DNA of 64,000 nucleotides from Acidobacteriota bacterium (GCA_016213755.1 JACQZT010000200.1:2710-66709); one strand, 5' to 3'. Shown: positions 45,532-54,471, numbered from the stretch's first letter. Notes: generated by a model from the sequence alone, not told the origin. A program made the numbers and translations.

Positions 45532-46221
45532 CTACAGTTTCCTCAGGGCGGTGACCAGAAGATCCGTAACGGCCTTCTTCCCAGCCTCGATCGGCTGGTC
45601 CGGCTTGTCCAGTGCGGCCTGCACTTCCTGCCGCAACAAGCCCAAGTCAAGCCGCTTCACAACCCGCCCGGAGGACACGGTCCTTCCGCCGGAGGCCTGC
45701 CGGACTGCGGAAAGGATCACGTTGCCATCCTGACACGGCAGGAAGTTGAAATACAGCCCGGCGAGATCCACAGCCCCGCGGATCTGATCTTTTACCGACT
45801 CCATGATGTCATCGATCATGGCGTCGCGAAAGGCCGAGTCGTCCACTTGCAGAGTCACATCCACGTTCGGCTGCGAACCGTTCTGCCAGTTTCCCCAACT
45901 GTCCTTGTACTGGTAGCATTCGGCCCCGTTGTCCAGTATCAGGGTGCGGTTTGTGTCGGTCTCGTCCTTCACCGCGCTGTAGCCGTGCTTCTCGCCACGC
46001 CAGATGACGCTGTCCCCAGCGTGGTCGCTGACCGGAAGCATACGGCCGCGATAGGGGAAGAAAGTCATGGGCACGGAGATCTGCAACTCGGTCCCCGCGC
46101 CGATCTGAGCAGCGACCAGCATAGCGGCGTTGTATGCGAGGCTCACGCCGGCCATATCGATGCCTCTGCTGGCCGGGTTGGTGGTCCGTGCGGCGGCGCT
46201 GGCCGCCCCGTAGCTTGCCAT
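45532..46221 (-). CDS. Orphan hypothetical protein (229 aa), no recognisable family
   Basis: ATG preceded by a strong AAAGGAGG RBS. No signal peptide or TM segment. Visibly less GC-rich than its neighbours. MASYGAASAAARTTNPASRGIDMAGVSLAYNAAMLVAAQIG... Confidence 0.65.
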   Translation of the reverse strand: MASYGAASAAARTTNPASRGIDMAGVSLAYNAAMLVAAQIGAGTELQISVPMTFFPYRGRMLPVSDHAGDSVIWRGEKHGYSAVKDETDTNRTLILDNGAECYQYKDSWGNWQNGSQPNVDVTLQVDDSAFRDAMIDDIMESVKDQIRGAVDLAGLYFNFLPCQDGNVILSAVRQASGGRTVSSGRVVKRLDLGLLRQEVQAALDKPDQPIEAGKKAVTDLLVTALRKL

Positions 46222-46239
46222 ACGAAATCCTCCTTTGTC

Positions 46240-46265
46240 GAAGAAAACACCCCCAATGGGGGGTG
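46240..46265 (-). terminator. Intrinsic-terminator-like hairpin + T-tract about 20 nt upstream of the orphan gene start (leader attenuator, or terminator of the galU/GT-C operon)
   Basis: Minus strand: CACCCCC-CATT-GGGGGTG followed by TTTTCTTC, then ...AAAGGAGGATTTCGT-ATG. Confidence 0.4.
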
Positions 46266-46308
46266 GCGGTTGCGCTGCGCGAGAGGGTGTCCCGCTCGCA
46301 ATACCCTC

Positions 46309-46337
46309 ATCCTAAGCGCCTGCATGAGCGGCGTCAA
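46309..46337 (-). promoter_or_regulatory. Possible sigma-70-type promoter for the orphan gene
   Basis: Minus strand: TTGACG - 17 nt - TAGGAT. This is pattern only, and Acidobacterial promoter rules are poorly known. Confidence 0.3.
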
Positions 46338-46421
46338 GCAAAAACGGAGTATCGGATCTTCTGATCCCGGCCGGAGGTTTTGGCGGGGCGTGGAAACGCC
46401 GAAGCAGTCTCGAAACCAACC

Positions 46422-47816
46422 CTATGGGGGTTGCCGCCGGTAAATCACGCTCCCCCGCGTGCGCGCGATCTCGCGGTACTGGGCCAGCCAGGAGCGCAGA
46501 TCGTCGTGAGTTTCCAGGGCCAACCGGGGGTTGTAGAGCTTCAGCCCGTCTACCACGAGGGCGGGCCGGCTGCGCGCGAGTTCGGCGCGGTGCGCCGCGG
46601 TCCAGGGCGCGGGAATGGCGGTGGTGTCGAACAAGTGGCGGTCGGCCAGCACGCCGCTGAGCGGTTGGGACTCCAGAAAGCGCGTGGCCGCGGGCAGGCG
46701 AGTGTAGACATACAGGTCTGGCCGGTACCCCCAGACGAACAGCGTGTCGCCGGGGCGCGCGGATCGGCGGACAATTTGCGCCGCGGCGCGGCTGTCCCGG
46801 TCCATCTCGATGTCGCTCCACGGCCGGCCGCCATCCAGGGCCAGCAGTGCGTAGCGGGGGCCGAAACGCGCCAGCGGAATCAGCAGCAGCAACAGCGCCA
46901 GAGCTCGCTTCCGGCCCAACAGGACCATGCCGCGAGAAGCCGCCAGCACGGCCACCGGCAGCAATTGAAAGTAGTAGCGCGGGAAGAAACGCCAGCCCGC
47001 GGTCACAGCGGCCAGCGACAGGGCAGCCCAGGCGGCAAACCGCCAGCGGTCGGAATCCCTCCCTTTCCACCAGAACCACGCGGCGGCCGCTCCCAGGGCG
47101 GCGTGAAAGCCCAGCCAGTTGAGCGTCCGCGCGAAGCCTTCCCGCAGCGGGCTGCCCACGAAGGTGTGGCCGGAGTAAAGCAGCCCCAGTTGCCACACCT
47201 CGCGCCAGTAGGCGCCCAGCGAACCGGTGGCCCACAGCCACGCCGCCGCCAGCAGGTTCGGCAGCAGGACGCCCAGGGCAAAGGCAGGCGCCGCGCGCCA
47301 GACCCACAGCGCACACACGGCGATCGCGAACACGGCCTTGGCGTTCACCAGCAGCCCGAGGCCGGCCATCACGCCGCTGGCCAGCGCGCGGCCGCGCCAG
47401 GCCAGGTACACGGCCGCCAGGTGCGGGGCAATGAGCAGCAGGTCCGCGGCCAGCGGGAGCACCGCCGCCGGGATCCAGAAGGTCAGAAAGAAGGCCACGA
47501 AAAACGCCGCCCAGGCGGCTTCGCTCGCGCCCCACTTGCGGCGCGCGAACCACCAGGCCAGCCAGCAGCAGGCGAGCACGTACGCCGTGCCAACCGCTCG
47601 CAGCGGCCAGCCCGGTTGCGCGCCCGACAGCAGGTTCGCAACGGGAGCGGCGGGCGGCTTGTCGAACCACACGTCGCGGTACAGCGTCTTGCCGTGGAGC
47701 ATCTGCGCGGCGGCGGCCAGGGGCAGATTCTCCTCGGTCCACAGGATACCGACGTGGCACAGGCGCGCGGCCAGGACGCCGAGGGTTAGCAGCGCGAACA
47801 GCACCCGCGCGCGCAC
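46422..47816 (-). CDS. GT-C-fold polytopic membrane glycosyltransferase-like protein (ArnT/PMT-like) with C-terminal soluble domain
   Basis: GTG start 15 nt after the galU stop. About 10 TM segments, with an early loop LYRDVWFDKPP. C-terminal soluble domain of about 140 aa. The assignment rests on architecture, not on a diagnostic motif. Confidence 0.7.
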   Translation of the reverse strand: MRARVLFALLTLGVLAARLCHVGILWTEENLPLAAAAQMLHGKTLYRDVWFDKPPAAPVANLLSGAQPGWPLRAVGTAYVLACCWLAWWFARRKWGASEAAWAAFFVAFFLTFWIPAAVLPLAADLLLIAPHLAAVYLAWRGRALASGVMAGLGLLVNAKAVFAIAVCALWVWRAAPAFALGVLLPNLLAAAWLWATGSLGAYWREVWQLGLLYSGHTFVGSPLREGFARTLNWLGFHAALGAAAAWFWWKGRDSDRWRFAAWAALSLAAVTAGWRFFPRYYFQLLPVAVLAASRGMVLLGRKRALALLLLLIPLARFGPRYALLALDGGRPWSDIEMDRDSRAAAQIVRRSARPGDTLFVWGYRPDLYVYTRLPAATRFLESQPLSGVLADRHLFDTTAIPAPWTAAHRAELARSRPALVVDGLKLYNPRLALETHDDLRSWLAQYREIARTRGSVIYRRQPP

Positions 47817-47831
47817 GTCGCCGGCTCCGGC

Positions 47832-48713
47832 CTAGTCCCGCACCAGGCGCTTGAGCGTCTCGCGGAACGCCTCGCCGTAGAGCGGGTCGGCCAGCGCGAA
47901 TTCGACGAAGGTCTCGAAGTAGCTGGGGAAGTTGCCGATGTCGTAGCGGCATTCGCCCGGCGGCAGCTTCACGGCCAGCACTCGCTTGCCCTCTTCGCAC
48001 ATGAGCTGGATCGCGTCGGTGAGCTGGATCTCGCCCTTGCGATCCGGCTGCACGCGGCGAATCAGATCGAAGATCAGCGGCGAGAAGACGTAGCGGCCCG
48101 CGATAGCGAGGTTGCTCGGCGCGTCTTCGGGCTTGGGCTTCTCCACCAGGTTGCCCACGCGGCAATAATCCTCGCACTGTTCGGCCACTTGCACGATGCC
48201 ATAGTGCTGCGTCTGGTCGAGCGGCACTTCCTCCACCGCGATCACGCAACTGGCGCGCCGCTCCTCGAACAGTTGCATCATGCGGCCCATGGTTTTCGAC
48301 CGGCCGTGCAGACCCAGGATCGAATCTCCCAGCGCGACCACGAACGGCTGCTCGCCGGCGAAGTTCTGGCCACACAAAATGGCGTCGCCCAGGCCGCGCT
48401 GCTGGCGCTGCCGGGTGTAAAAGAAATTCGCGTTCAGCTCCTCGAACTGCACCTCCTGGAGCAGGTCGGTCTTGTTGGTGTTGTTCAAGGCCCGCACCAG
48501 CTCCGGATCGCTGTCGAAGTGGTTCTCGATGGAAGCCTTGTTTCGGCCGGTGACGAACAGAATGTCGCCGACGCCGTTGGCAACCAGCTCCTCGACGACA
48601 TACTGCACGATGGGCTTGCGCGCCACCGGCAGCATCTCTTTCGGTTGGGACTTAGTGGCCGGCAACAGGCGCGTGCCCAACCCCGCAACGGGAACAATGG
48701 CGTTTCGAATCAC
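47832..48713 (-). CDS. galU: UTP--glucose-1-phosphate uridylyltransferase
   Basis: AIVPVAGLGTRLLPATKSQPKEMLPV, VTGRNKASIENHFD and RQRQQRGLGDAIL. Confidence 0.9.
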   Translation of the reverse strand: MIRNAIVPVAGLGTRLLPATKSQPKEMLPVARKPIVQYVVEELVANGVGDILFVTGRNKASIENHFDSDPELVRALNNTNKTDLLQEVQFEELNANFFYTRQRQQRGLGDAILCGQNFAGEQPFVVALGDSILGLHGRSKTMGRMMQLFEERRASCVIAVEEVPLDQTQHYGIVQVAEQCEDYCRVGNLVEKPKPEDAPSNLAIAGRYVFSPLIFDLIRRVQPDRKGEIQLTDAIQLMCEEGKRVLAVKLPPGECRYDIGNFPSYFETFVEFALADPLYGEAFRETLKRLVRD

Positions 48714-48758
48714 TCTCTGAATATAGCGAAGTCCGCGAAAACCGGTGGCGGCGGGAAA

Positions 48759-48812
48759 ATTCGGTGACAGGCATCCATTTTCGGCCGCCGAAAATGGCGC
48801 CTGTCACCGAAT
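48759..48812. repeat. Long palindrome (14-bp + 10-bp stems, small internal loop, 3-nt apical loop), related in sequence to the palindrome at 33188..33274. It may terminate the M55 gene.
   Basis: ATTCGGTGACAGGC-AT-CCATTTTCGG-CCG-CCGAAAATGG-C-GCCTGTCACCGAAT. It shares CGG(T)GACAGGC and CCATTTT with the 33.2-kb element. Confidence 0.55.
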
Positions 48813-48823
48813 CTCCAGTGCTG

Positions 48824-49672
48824 CTAGCGTCCCGCGTACCGCGTCCAGGCTTCCATGAAATCCTTGCCCGAGTAGCGCAGGGTGCGCGGCCCGGCGCGCT
48901 CGACGCCCGGCTGATAAGAGGTCTGCGGCGAAAGCGTGCTGCGCGTCGAAACCTCGATTTCCAGCGTCACCGGCCCCTCGATCTTGTAGGGCTTGATCTG
49001 GCCGATCCTGGCCATCGACTCGCGCGCCTTTTGCTGGATCAGTTTCTGAGCCGCCGGCGCCGACACCGACATGCAGGCGTAGTAGCCGAACGCCTCCTTC
49101 ACCACCGCAACCTCGGCCTCGGGAACGATGGCCTTCAGGTCCTCCGCCGCGGCCTGGTCGCCCGAAAGGAAGATCACCGGCACACCAAACCAGCCGGCCA
49201 GCGCCGCGCGCGTCTCGATCTCGCCGACCTCCTTGCCGTTCATGATCATCTTCTGGATGCCGAGCGAGCTGTAGCTGTGCGCCATCACGGCCGGCGAGCG
49301 GTTGGCCCGCGCGTGCTGGCCGAGAAACGCCACCGCCGCCCATCCGCGCTCCAGCAGCATCGAGGCGCCCAGCGACCCGTGGATCAGCTTGGCGTCCGGC
49401 TCGATGGTCAGAACCGACAGCGTCTGGCTGCCGTCGTGCCCATCCCAGACCACGACCTCGCTGGCCCCGCCCTGAATGAATCCGCGAATCGCCGCGTTCA
49501 CTTCGCCCGTAATCAGGCGCTGGTGCTCGCTGTTGGTAGGCTCGGTCTGCGACTGCCGGCAGATGCCCGCCACCCCCTCGGCGTCGGTGATAATGAAAAC
49601 CGCCTTGCGCGACTGGGCGCAGGCCACAGCCGAACAGGCCAGCAGTGTAACGGAAAGAGCAATGAAACGCAT
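48824..49672 (-). CDS. M55-family (DppA-like) D-aminopeptidase with signal peptide
   Basis: ATG at 49672 preferred; the ORF-track start at 49681 is GTG. MRFIALSVTLLACSAVACAQ is a signal peptide. IITDAEGVAGI and VVVWDGHDGS resemble the M55 N-terminal metal-binding blocks. Confidence 0.75.
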   Translation of the reverse strand: MRFIALSVTLLACSAVACAQSRKAVFIITDAEGVAGICRQSQTEPTNSEHQRLITGEVNAAIRGFIQGGASEVVVWDGHDGSQTLSVLTIEPDAKLIHGSLGASMLLERGWAAVAFLGQHARANRSPAVMAHSYSSLGIQKMIMNGKEVGEIETRAALAGWFGVPVIFLSGDQAAAEDLKAIVPEAEVAVVKEAFGYYACMSVSAPAAQKLIQQKARESMARIGQIKPYKIEGPVTLEIEVSTRSTLSPQTSYQPGVERAGPRTLRYSGKDFMEAWTRYAGR

Positions 49673-49695
49673 GGTAAACACTCTACCGCAACCGG

Positions 49696-49730
49696 GAGTT
49701 TCGGGGACAGGCTACTAAACCCCGAAACTC
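49696..49730 (-). terminator. 11-bp hairpin overlapping the ETF-QO stop codon. It has no T-tract and contains the same GGACAGGC core as the two palindromes.
   Basis: GAGTTTCGGGG-ACAGGCTACTAAA-CCCCGAAACTC. Confidence 0.3.
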
Positions 49731-51540
49731 AATTCTCGCCCGAGTGCAGTCCCCCGGCGCCGGCGCGGAAGTCGATGTTGGTGCGCTCGGGGTCCTCCTC
49801 CAGCGGCTGGGAGCAGTTCCACAGGCAGGCGCCGCAGTGGACGCACTTCTCGCGGTCGAAGACCGGCACGCCCTCCGGGCCCGGCGCGATGGCCTGGCCC
49901 GAGCAGACCTCGACGCAGACCTGCGTGCCGCAGCTTTCGCACAGCGAGGGGTAGAGGAAGACCACGTGGTCGGCGTAGCCCGCCGGGGCCTGCACCTTGC
50001 CGCCCATCAGCAGCGCGTCCTGCTGCGTCACCAGCAGCCTGCCGTCGTATTCGATGGCCGGCCAGCCGCTGCGTTCCATCAGCGCGTCGTGAACCGAGGC
50101 GCCGCGCGCGGCGCATTCCTCGCGGATGCGCGCGATCTCCTCGGCCGGGATCTTCGACTTGTAGTATTCGAAGACCGTCGGAATGCGCTCGTAGTGCGGG
50201 ACGTGCTCGCCCGGCATCCACAGCCGGCCGCCGGTGAGTCCCGCCATGCCCATCCCGATCAGCCCGGTGACCACCCCGTGGTGGAAACCGTCGCGGGCGC
50301 GTTCGGCCACCCGCCCTTCCGTTTCCACCCAGCTCGCGCGGCGCCGCCGCACATAGGTCGCTTCCAGGTTCTCCTTGCTGAACGGCTTCCCTTCCCGCAG
50401 CAGCTCCAGCACGGCTTCGCCCAGTTCGACGCCCGTGGTCCAGGCCTCGTCGACGCCAGAGCCGGTCAGGACGTTGGTGGAACCCGAGCCTTCGCCGATG
50501 CGCGCAAAGCCGTCGCCGGCCAGCAGCGGCTCGCCGCGGCGGCCAGATTCCTGGAGCGACTTGGCGCCCCAGCTTCGCAGCGCGCCCCCCTTCAGATGCC
50601 GCCACAGACAGGGGTGCCGGATGTAGTGCTGCAAGTAACGGTAGCTGGTGCGCACCGGGCTGTCCATCCAGGACGGAACGAAGATGCCCACGCTGGCCAC
50701 CCGGTCGGGATGCACGTACAGGAAGCCGAAGATCTCAGGTTCCGGATAACCGAAGGTGTGCAGCACCGTGCCGGCCTCGAGTGCGCAGCCCTCGGGCAGA
50801 TCGATCACCATCTTCATGCCCACCGCCCACTCGCGCTGCGAGTGGCCTTCCGGCATGCCGAACCGCTGGTTAAGCTGGCGCCCCACGGCGCCGAAGGGCC
50901 CGTCGCCCACCACGGTCAACTGGGCGCGGATGTCCATGCCGGGCAGGAAGCCGGCTTCGGGATTGCCCTGGCGATCGGTCCCCTGGTCGGCCAGACGCAC
51001 GCCGGCCACGCGCCGGCCTTCGACGATAGCCTCGGTTACCGGTGTGCCAGGCCAGATCTGGACCGTGCCGGTGGCCATCAATTGCTGCCCGACCCACTGG
51101 TTGAACTGCCCAATGGAAAGCAGCAAGCCGCCCTGCTTGTGCAGGAATTCCGGAGTGAAGGGCAGTTCGAGGGCGTGATCCTGGACGGGGAGCGCGAAGC
51201 GCAGCGCGCGCAGCGCCGCGTCGGCGGCGCGCAAGGCGAGCGAACGGCGGCTGGCGCCGATGGGGTCCAGCAGGTAGAGCACCTTCTCCTGCCGGACCTC
51301 CGCCGCCATGGGAATCTCGGCCGGATTGAGTTCCGGAAACGACGCGCGGATGCCGCGCGCGCGGGTGACCACGCCCGAGACGCCGTAGCCGATGTCGTCG
51401 GCGCGCTCGTAACAGATCACCATGGGCGGCGGGGTATCCGAGTCCGCGAATCCGCGCGCCAGCGTGGTTAGAAAGCCGCCCGTGGCCGGACCGAAACCGA
51501 CGCAGACGATGTCCACGTCCATGCTCTGGCGCTCGATCAT
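49729..51540 (-). CDS. Electron-transfer-flavoprotein:quinone oxidoreductase (ETF-QO / FixC-FixX-like, with C-terminal 4Fe-4S ferredoxin-like segment)
   Basis: Internal ATG of ORF 49729..53547; it overlaps the upstream stop codon (ATGA). DVDIVCVGFGPATGG (FAD-binding), GDGFARIGEGSGSTNVLTGSGVDEA, and the C-terminal CESCGTQVCVEVC...CVHCGACLWNC. Confidence 0.88.
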   Translation of the reverse strand: MIERQSMDVDIVCVGFGPATGGFLTTLARGFADSDTPPPMVICYERADDIGYGVSGVVTRARGIRASFPELNPAEIPMAAEVRQEKVLYLLDPIGASRRSLALRAADAALRALRFALPVQDHALELPFTPEFLHKQGGLLLSIGQFNQWVGQQLMATGTVQIWPGTPVTEAIVEGRRVAGVRLADQGTDRQGNPEAGFLPGMDIRAQLTVVGDGPFGAVGRQLNQRFGMPEGHSQREWAVGMKMVIDLPEGCALEAGTVLHTFGYPEPEIFGFLYVHPDRVASVGIFVPSWMDSPVRTSYRYLQHYIRHPCLWRHLKGGALRSWGAKSLQESGRRGEPLLAGDGFARIGEGSGSTNVLTGSGVDEAWTTGVELGEAVLELLREGKPFSKENLEATYVRRRRASWVETEGRVAERARDGFHHGVVTGLIGMGMAGLTGGRLWMPGEHVPHYERIPTVFEYYKSKIPAEEIARIREECAARGASVHDALMERSGWPAIEYDGRLLVTQQDALLMGGKVQAPAGYADHVVFLYPSLCESCGTQVCVEVCSGQAIAPGPEGVPVFDREKCVHCGACLWNCSQPLEEDPERTNIDFRAGAGGLHSGEN

Positions 51541-53729
51541 GCAGGATAATCCAGCGCTTCGGGGATCATGACCTTGGTCAGCGCTTCGGCGGCGCGGTCC
51601 TTGGCCAGCATGGCGCCGGTGAGGCAGCCGTCCAGCTTGGCCCGCAGGCGCATGAATTGCTCCATCCCCTCGAACCGCACGCACGGGCCGGCTTTGGCCG
51701 GATGCGAGCCGTCGGATTCCACCACGTCGCGCGCCACGCTGGCCAGACCGGGCATGACCGCTTCCAGGGCCACCAGGTCGTCGGACCGGTAGCAGGACCC
51801 GCTCCCTTCGGCATCCCACGCCGGGTGCCGCTGGTAGCCGTAAACCAGCTCGGTGGCGATGCGGGCGACCTCGCCGGCACCGCGCACCGCCTGCACATGG
51901 CACAGGTCGGTGAGGAAGCCGGCCAGGCCGGCCAGCCCCTCGGCCAGCGCCGGGCTTTGCGGGCCCTGCTCCTCGAGCTCCAGGACGTCCAGGATCTGGC
52001 AGCGAGAGGCCAGCAGCCAGCACAGCGCGTCGGCCAGCCGGAAGGTCACGCCCTGGCGCGCGCTCTGGTACAGCTTGGCGCCGTCGGCGTCGGTGGCGTG
52101 CTGGAGGTAGTTCAGAGTCCACAGCCACATCTGCATGGCCGAGGCCAGTGTGCAGGCGCCCGTGCCGGGCTTGAGCGCGGCGAGTTCGCGCATCTCGGCG
52201 ATCCACTGGTGGAACTGCGCCAGGAAGATCTCGTTGGTCATGGTCACTGAAAGCTGGCGCCGCTGCACCGCTTCCGGCCCTTCGTAAGTGGCCTCCAGTT
52301 GCGCGTCCATCCACTTGTGGCCCAGGAAGCCGGGGCAGTCCTCGGTGATGCCGTAGCCGCCCATCAGGCTCACCGCCTCGCGCATCATGTTCGCGCCGTG
52401 GCCGGTGTTCCACAGCTTGGTGGCCGGGCACAGCACGTTGGCCAGCGAGTCCAGCAGGATGTACTTCACCAGCGGATTCTCCGGCTCGAGAGACTGGTGC
52501 AGGCAATCCAGCGCGTCCTTTTGCAGGCGCCGCAGCGCCTTGAATTGCGCCGACCCGCCGCCCACACCCTGCTCGGCGAAGATCTCGTCCTTTTGCCGCT
52601 CCAGCGGGTCCAATTCGTCGAACAGGCGCGCGGCGGCGAAGCCCAGCGAGGCGCTGGCTTCGCCGGTGGCCCACACGTCGAGCAGCCGGTGCAGCACGTC
52701 TTCGCGCTGCTGAAGCCCGAGTTCGTAGCGCGGCGTGCCCGGCGCCACCGATTCGCCGCCGCGGAAACGGGTGCGCTGGTAACGCAACAGCGGCTCGACG
52801 GCCGACAGCAGTTTGGCCGAGGTCATGATGCCCACCGTCACGCGCGTGCGGCGGAACACGGCTTCGATGATCTCGCCGTGACTGTAGCGCGGCACGATGA
52901 CACCGTCCTTGACGGTGTATCCGCCGATGATCCGGCTGGCGGGAACGCGCAGGCTCAGCACCGGGTCGTTGGTGGAAGAGAGCTGATGGACCAGTTTCTT
53001 GGTCGGCGTGCCGCGGTCGTAGATGCCGGGGTCGCCCTCCTCGAGAATGACCATGCAAGTGCCTTTGATGCGCGGGTCGGCCGAATCCACGGCGGCGGTG
53101 ACGAAGTTGGCGAAGCCCATGTTGGTGATGAAGCGGCCGCGCTTGTCGACTTGCAGCACCGGCTCCTGGCCTTCTTTCCACTCGGCGACCCGCACTTTGC
53201 CGCCCAGCAGCCCGGTTTCCACGCCCACGTAGGGGATGGGCTCGGTGAGGGCGAAGGCGCCGCGCCAGGGCTCGCGGTCCTCGCCCGGCTGCGCCGGGAC
53301 GCACTTGGCCATGTAGTAGTTGCGCTGCTCCTGGGTGCCGCGCTCGTGGATTGGCGACAGCGCCAGGCAGCCGGCCAGGCTGCCGGTGGCCGCGCCGGCG
53401 TCCACCCAGGCCAGCTCGAACGCCACCAGCGCCAGCGCCAGGTTCTTGGGCCCCTCGAGGTAGCCGCCCTGGTGCGGGTCCATGAAGACGCTGGTGATGC
53501 CGGCTTCGTCGAAAGCCTTCAGCAGACGGTCCTTCTCGGGCGTCCACTCATGACTGTTGCGCGCGCCCTCGGCCACCAGGCGGGCCACCGGCCCGCGCGC
53601 CACGGCGCGCACCGATTGGACCATCATTTGCAGGTCGAAGCGATCCGCGAAGCGCCAGAGAATCTGGCGCACATCGTCGCCGGGCAGCGTCCGCAAGAGC
53701 TCGCGCGGAGTCTTCACAGGAGTTTCCAT
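51537..53729 (-). CDS. Large acyl-CoA dehydrogenase-family flavoprotein (about 730 aa)
   Basis: ATG at 53729; the ORF-track start at 53735 is TTG. ACAD-like blocks: GAFALTEPIPYVGVETG, ITNMGFANFVTA and a C-terminal helical-domain extension. Confidence 0.8.
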   Translation of the reverse strand: METPVKTPRELLRTLPGDDVRQILWRFADRFDLQMMVQSVRAVARGPVARLVAEGARNSHEWTPEKDRLLKAFDEAGITSVFMDPHQGGYLEGPKNLALALVAFELAWVDAGAATGSLAGCLALSPIHERGTQEQRNYYMAKCVPAQPGEDREPWRGAFALTEPIPYVGVETGLLGGKVRVAEWKEGQEPVLQVDKRGRFITNMGFANFVTAAVDSADPRIKGTCMVILEEGDPGIYDRGTPTKKLVHQLSSTNDPVLSLRVPASRIIGGYTVKDGVIVPRYSHGEIIEAVFRRTRVTVGIMTSAKLLSAVEPLLRYQRTRFRGGESVAPGTPRYELGLQQREDVLHRLLDVWATGEASASLGFAAARLFDELDPLERQKDEIFAEQGVGGGSAQFKALRRLQKDALDCLHQSLEPENPLVKYILLDSLANVLCPATKLWNTGHGANMMREAVSLMGGYGITEDCPGFLGHKWMDAQLEATYEGPEAVQRRQLSVTMTNEIFLAQFHQWIAEMRELAALKPGTGACTLASAMQMWLWTLNYLQHATDADGAKLYQSARQGVTFRLADALCWLLASRCQILDVLELEEQGPQSPALAEGLAGLAGFLTDLCHVQAVRGAGEVARIATELVYGYQRHPAWDAEGSGSCYRSDDLVALEAVMPGLASVARDVVESDGSHPAKAGPCVRFEGMEQFMRLRAKLDGCLTGAMLAKDRAAEALTKVMIPEALDYPA

Positions 53730-53813
53730 TCCCAAAACCGGGTCCTTTCCAGATGCAGCGTTCCCAGATCTTTCAGTTTAACTTGGACCCGGGCTCGCCG
53801 GGCGCCGCGGCGG

Positions 53814-54215
53814 CTACCCGAGCAGCGGCACGCGTTCGGCCCGGGCGGATTTCACCAGGTCCGCATCGAGGGTAGCGAGCGCCAACCCTTCCCGCCGGGC
53901 TAATTCCAGATACGCGGCATCGTATACCGACAGGCGGCGTCTCCGGGCCAGCCGCAGGACTTCGGCTTCATCCGGATCGCGGTCCTGCCGGATGCACAGC
54001 CGGGAGAGATCTCTCAGGAACGCCGCCGTGTCCGACTCGGTCAGCCTCTTGCGGCGCTCGTTCACGATCAGGATGTTCCGCACTTCAAACCACCAGAGGC
54101 TCGGAACCACGGCCTCCTCCGTTCGGATGCGGGCCAGCGCCCGGCCGGCAACCGGGTGATCCTCATCGCAAAAGGCCCAACACAGGGTCACCGATGCGTC
54201 CAGCACGAAGGGCAT
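53814..54215 (-). CDS. vapC: VapC-type PIN-domain toxin
   Basis: Internal ATG of ORF 53814..54503. MPFVLDASV (first acidic residue), WWFEVRN, and SVYDAAYLELARREGLALATLD (PIN acidic residues). The start overlaps the antitoxin stop codon by 1 nt (TGATG). Confidence 0.85.
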   Translation of the reverse strand: MPFVLDASVTLCWAFCDEDHPVAGRALARIRTEEAVVPSLWWFEVRNILIVNERRKRLTESDTAAFLRDLSRLCIRQDRDPDEAEVLRLARRRRLSVYDAAYLELARREGLALATLDADLVKSARAERVPLLG

Positions 54216-54460
54216 CAGCGTTTGCGGCCTTCCTCTCGCGCCGAGAGCAGTTCGCCCACCGTGATTCTCCCGGTGCGCTGGCGGAGAGCGGCCATGCTGG
54301 CGATGGCTTTGTCGATCTCCTCCTGACGACGATCCGCCTCCGGAACAATTCGCGCGATGGGCCGGCCGTGGCGGGTGATAACCACGGTTTCGCCGCGCTC
54401 CACGCGATCGAGGAGTTGAGGCAGATGAGTTTTGGCCTCGGAAGCTTGGATTTCCCGCAT
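54215..54460 (-). CDS. vapB: Phd/YefM-type antitoxin
   Basis: MREIQASEAKTHLPQLLDRVERGETVVITRHGRPIARIVP is the typical Phd/YefM N-terminal fold. Confidence 0.85.
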   Translation of the reverse strand: MREIQASEAKTHLPQLLDRVERGETVVITRHGRPIARIVPEADRRQEEIDKAIASMAALRQRTGRITVGELLSAREEGRKR

Positions 54461-54471
54461 GGATTTTCGAC

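Noticed and set aside
46312-48375. 687-aa minus-strand ORF and the 469-aa plus-strand ORF 46380..47789
   Set aside because: They are alternative frames of the GT-C and galU genes and are extremely Arg/Pro/Gly/Ala-rich.
51541-53547. Upstream 669 codons of the 1272-aa ORF 49729..53547
   Set aside because: It overlaps the acyl-CoA dehydrogenase gene out of frame. The ETF-QO FAD-binding motif starts right after the ATG at 51540, which is coupled to the ACAD stop codon.
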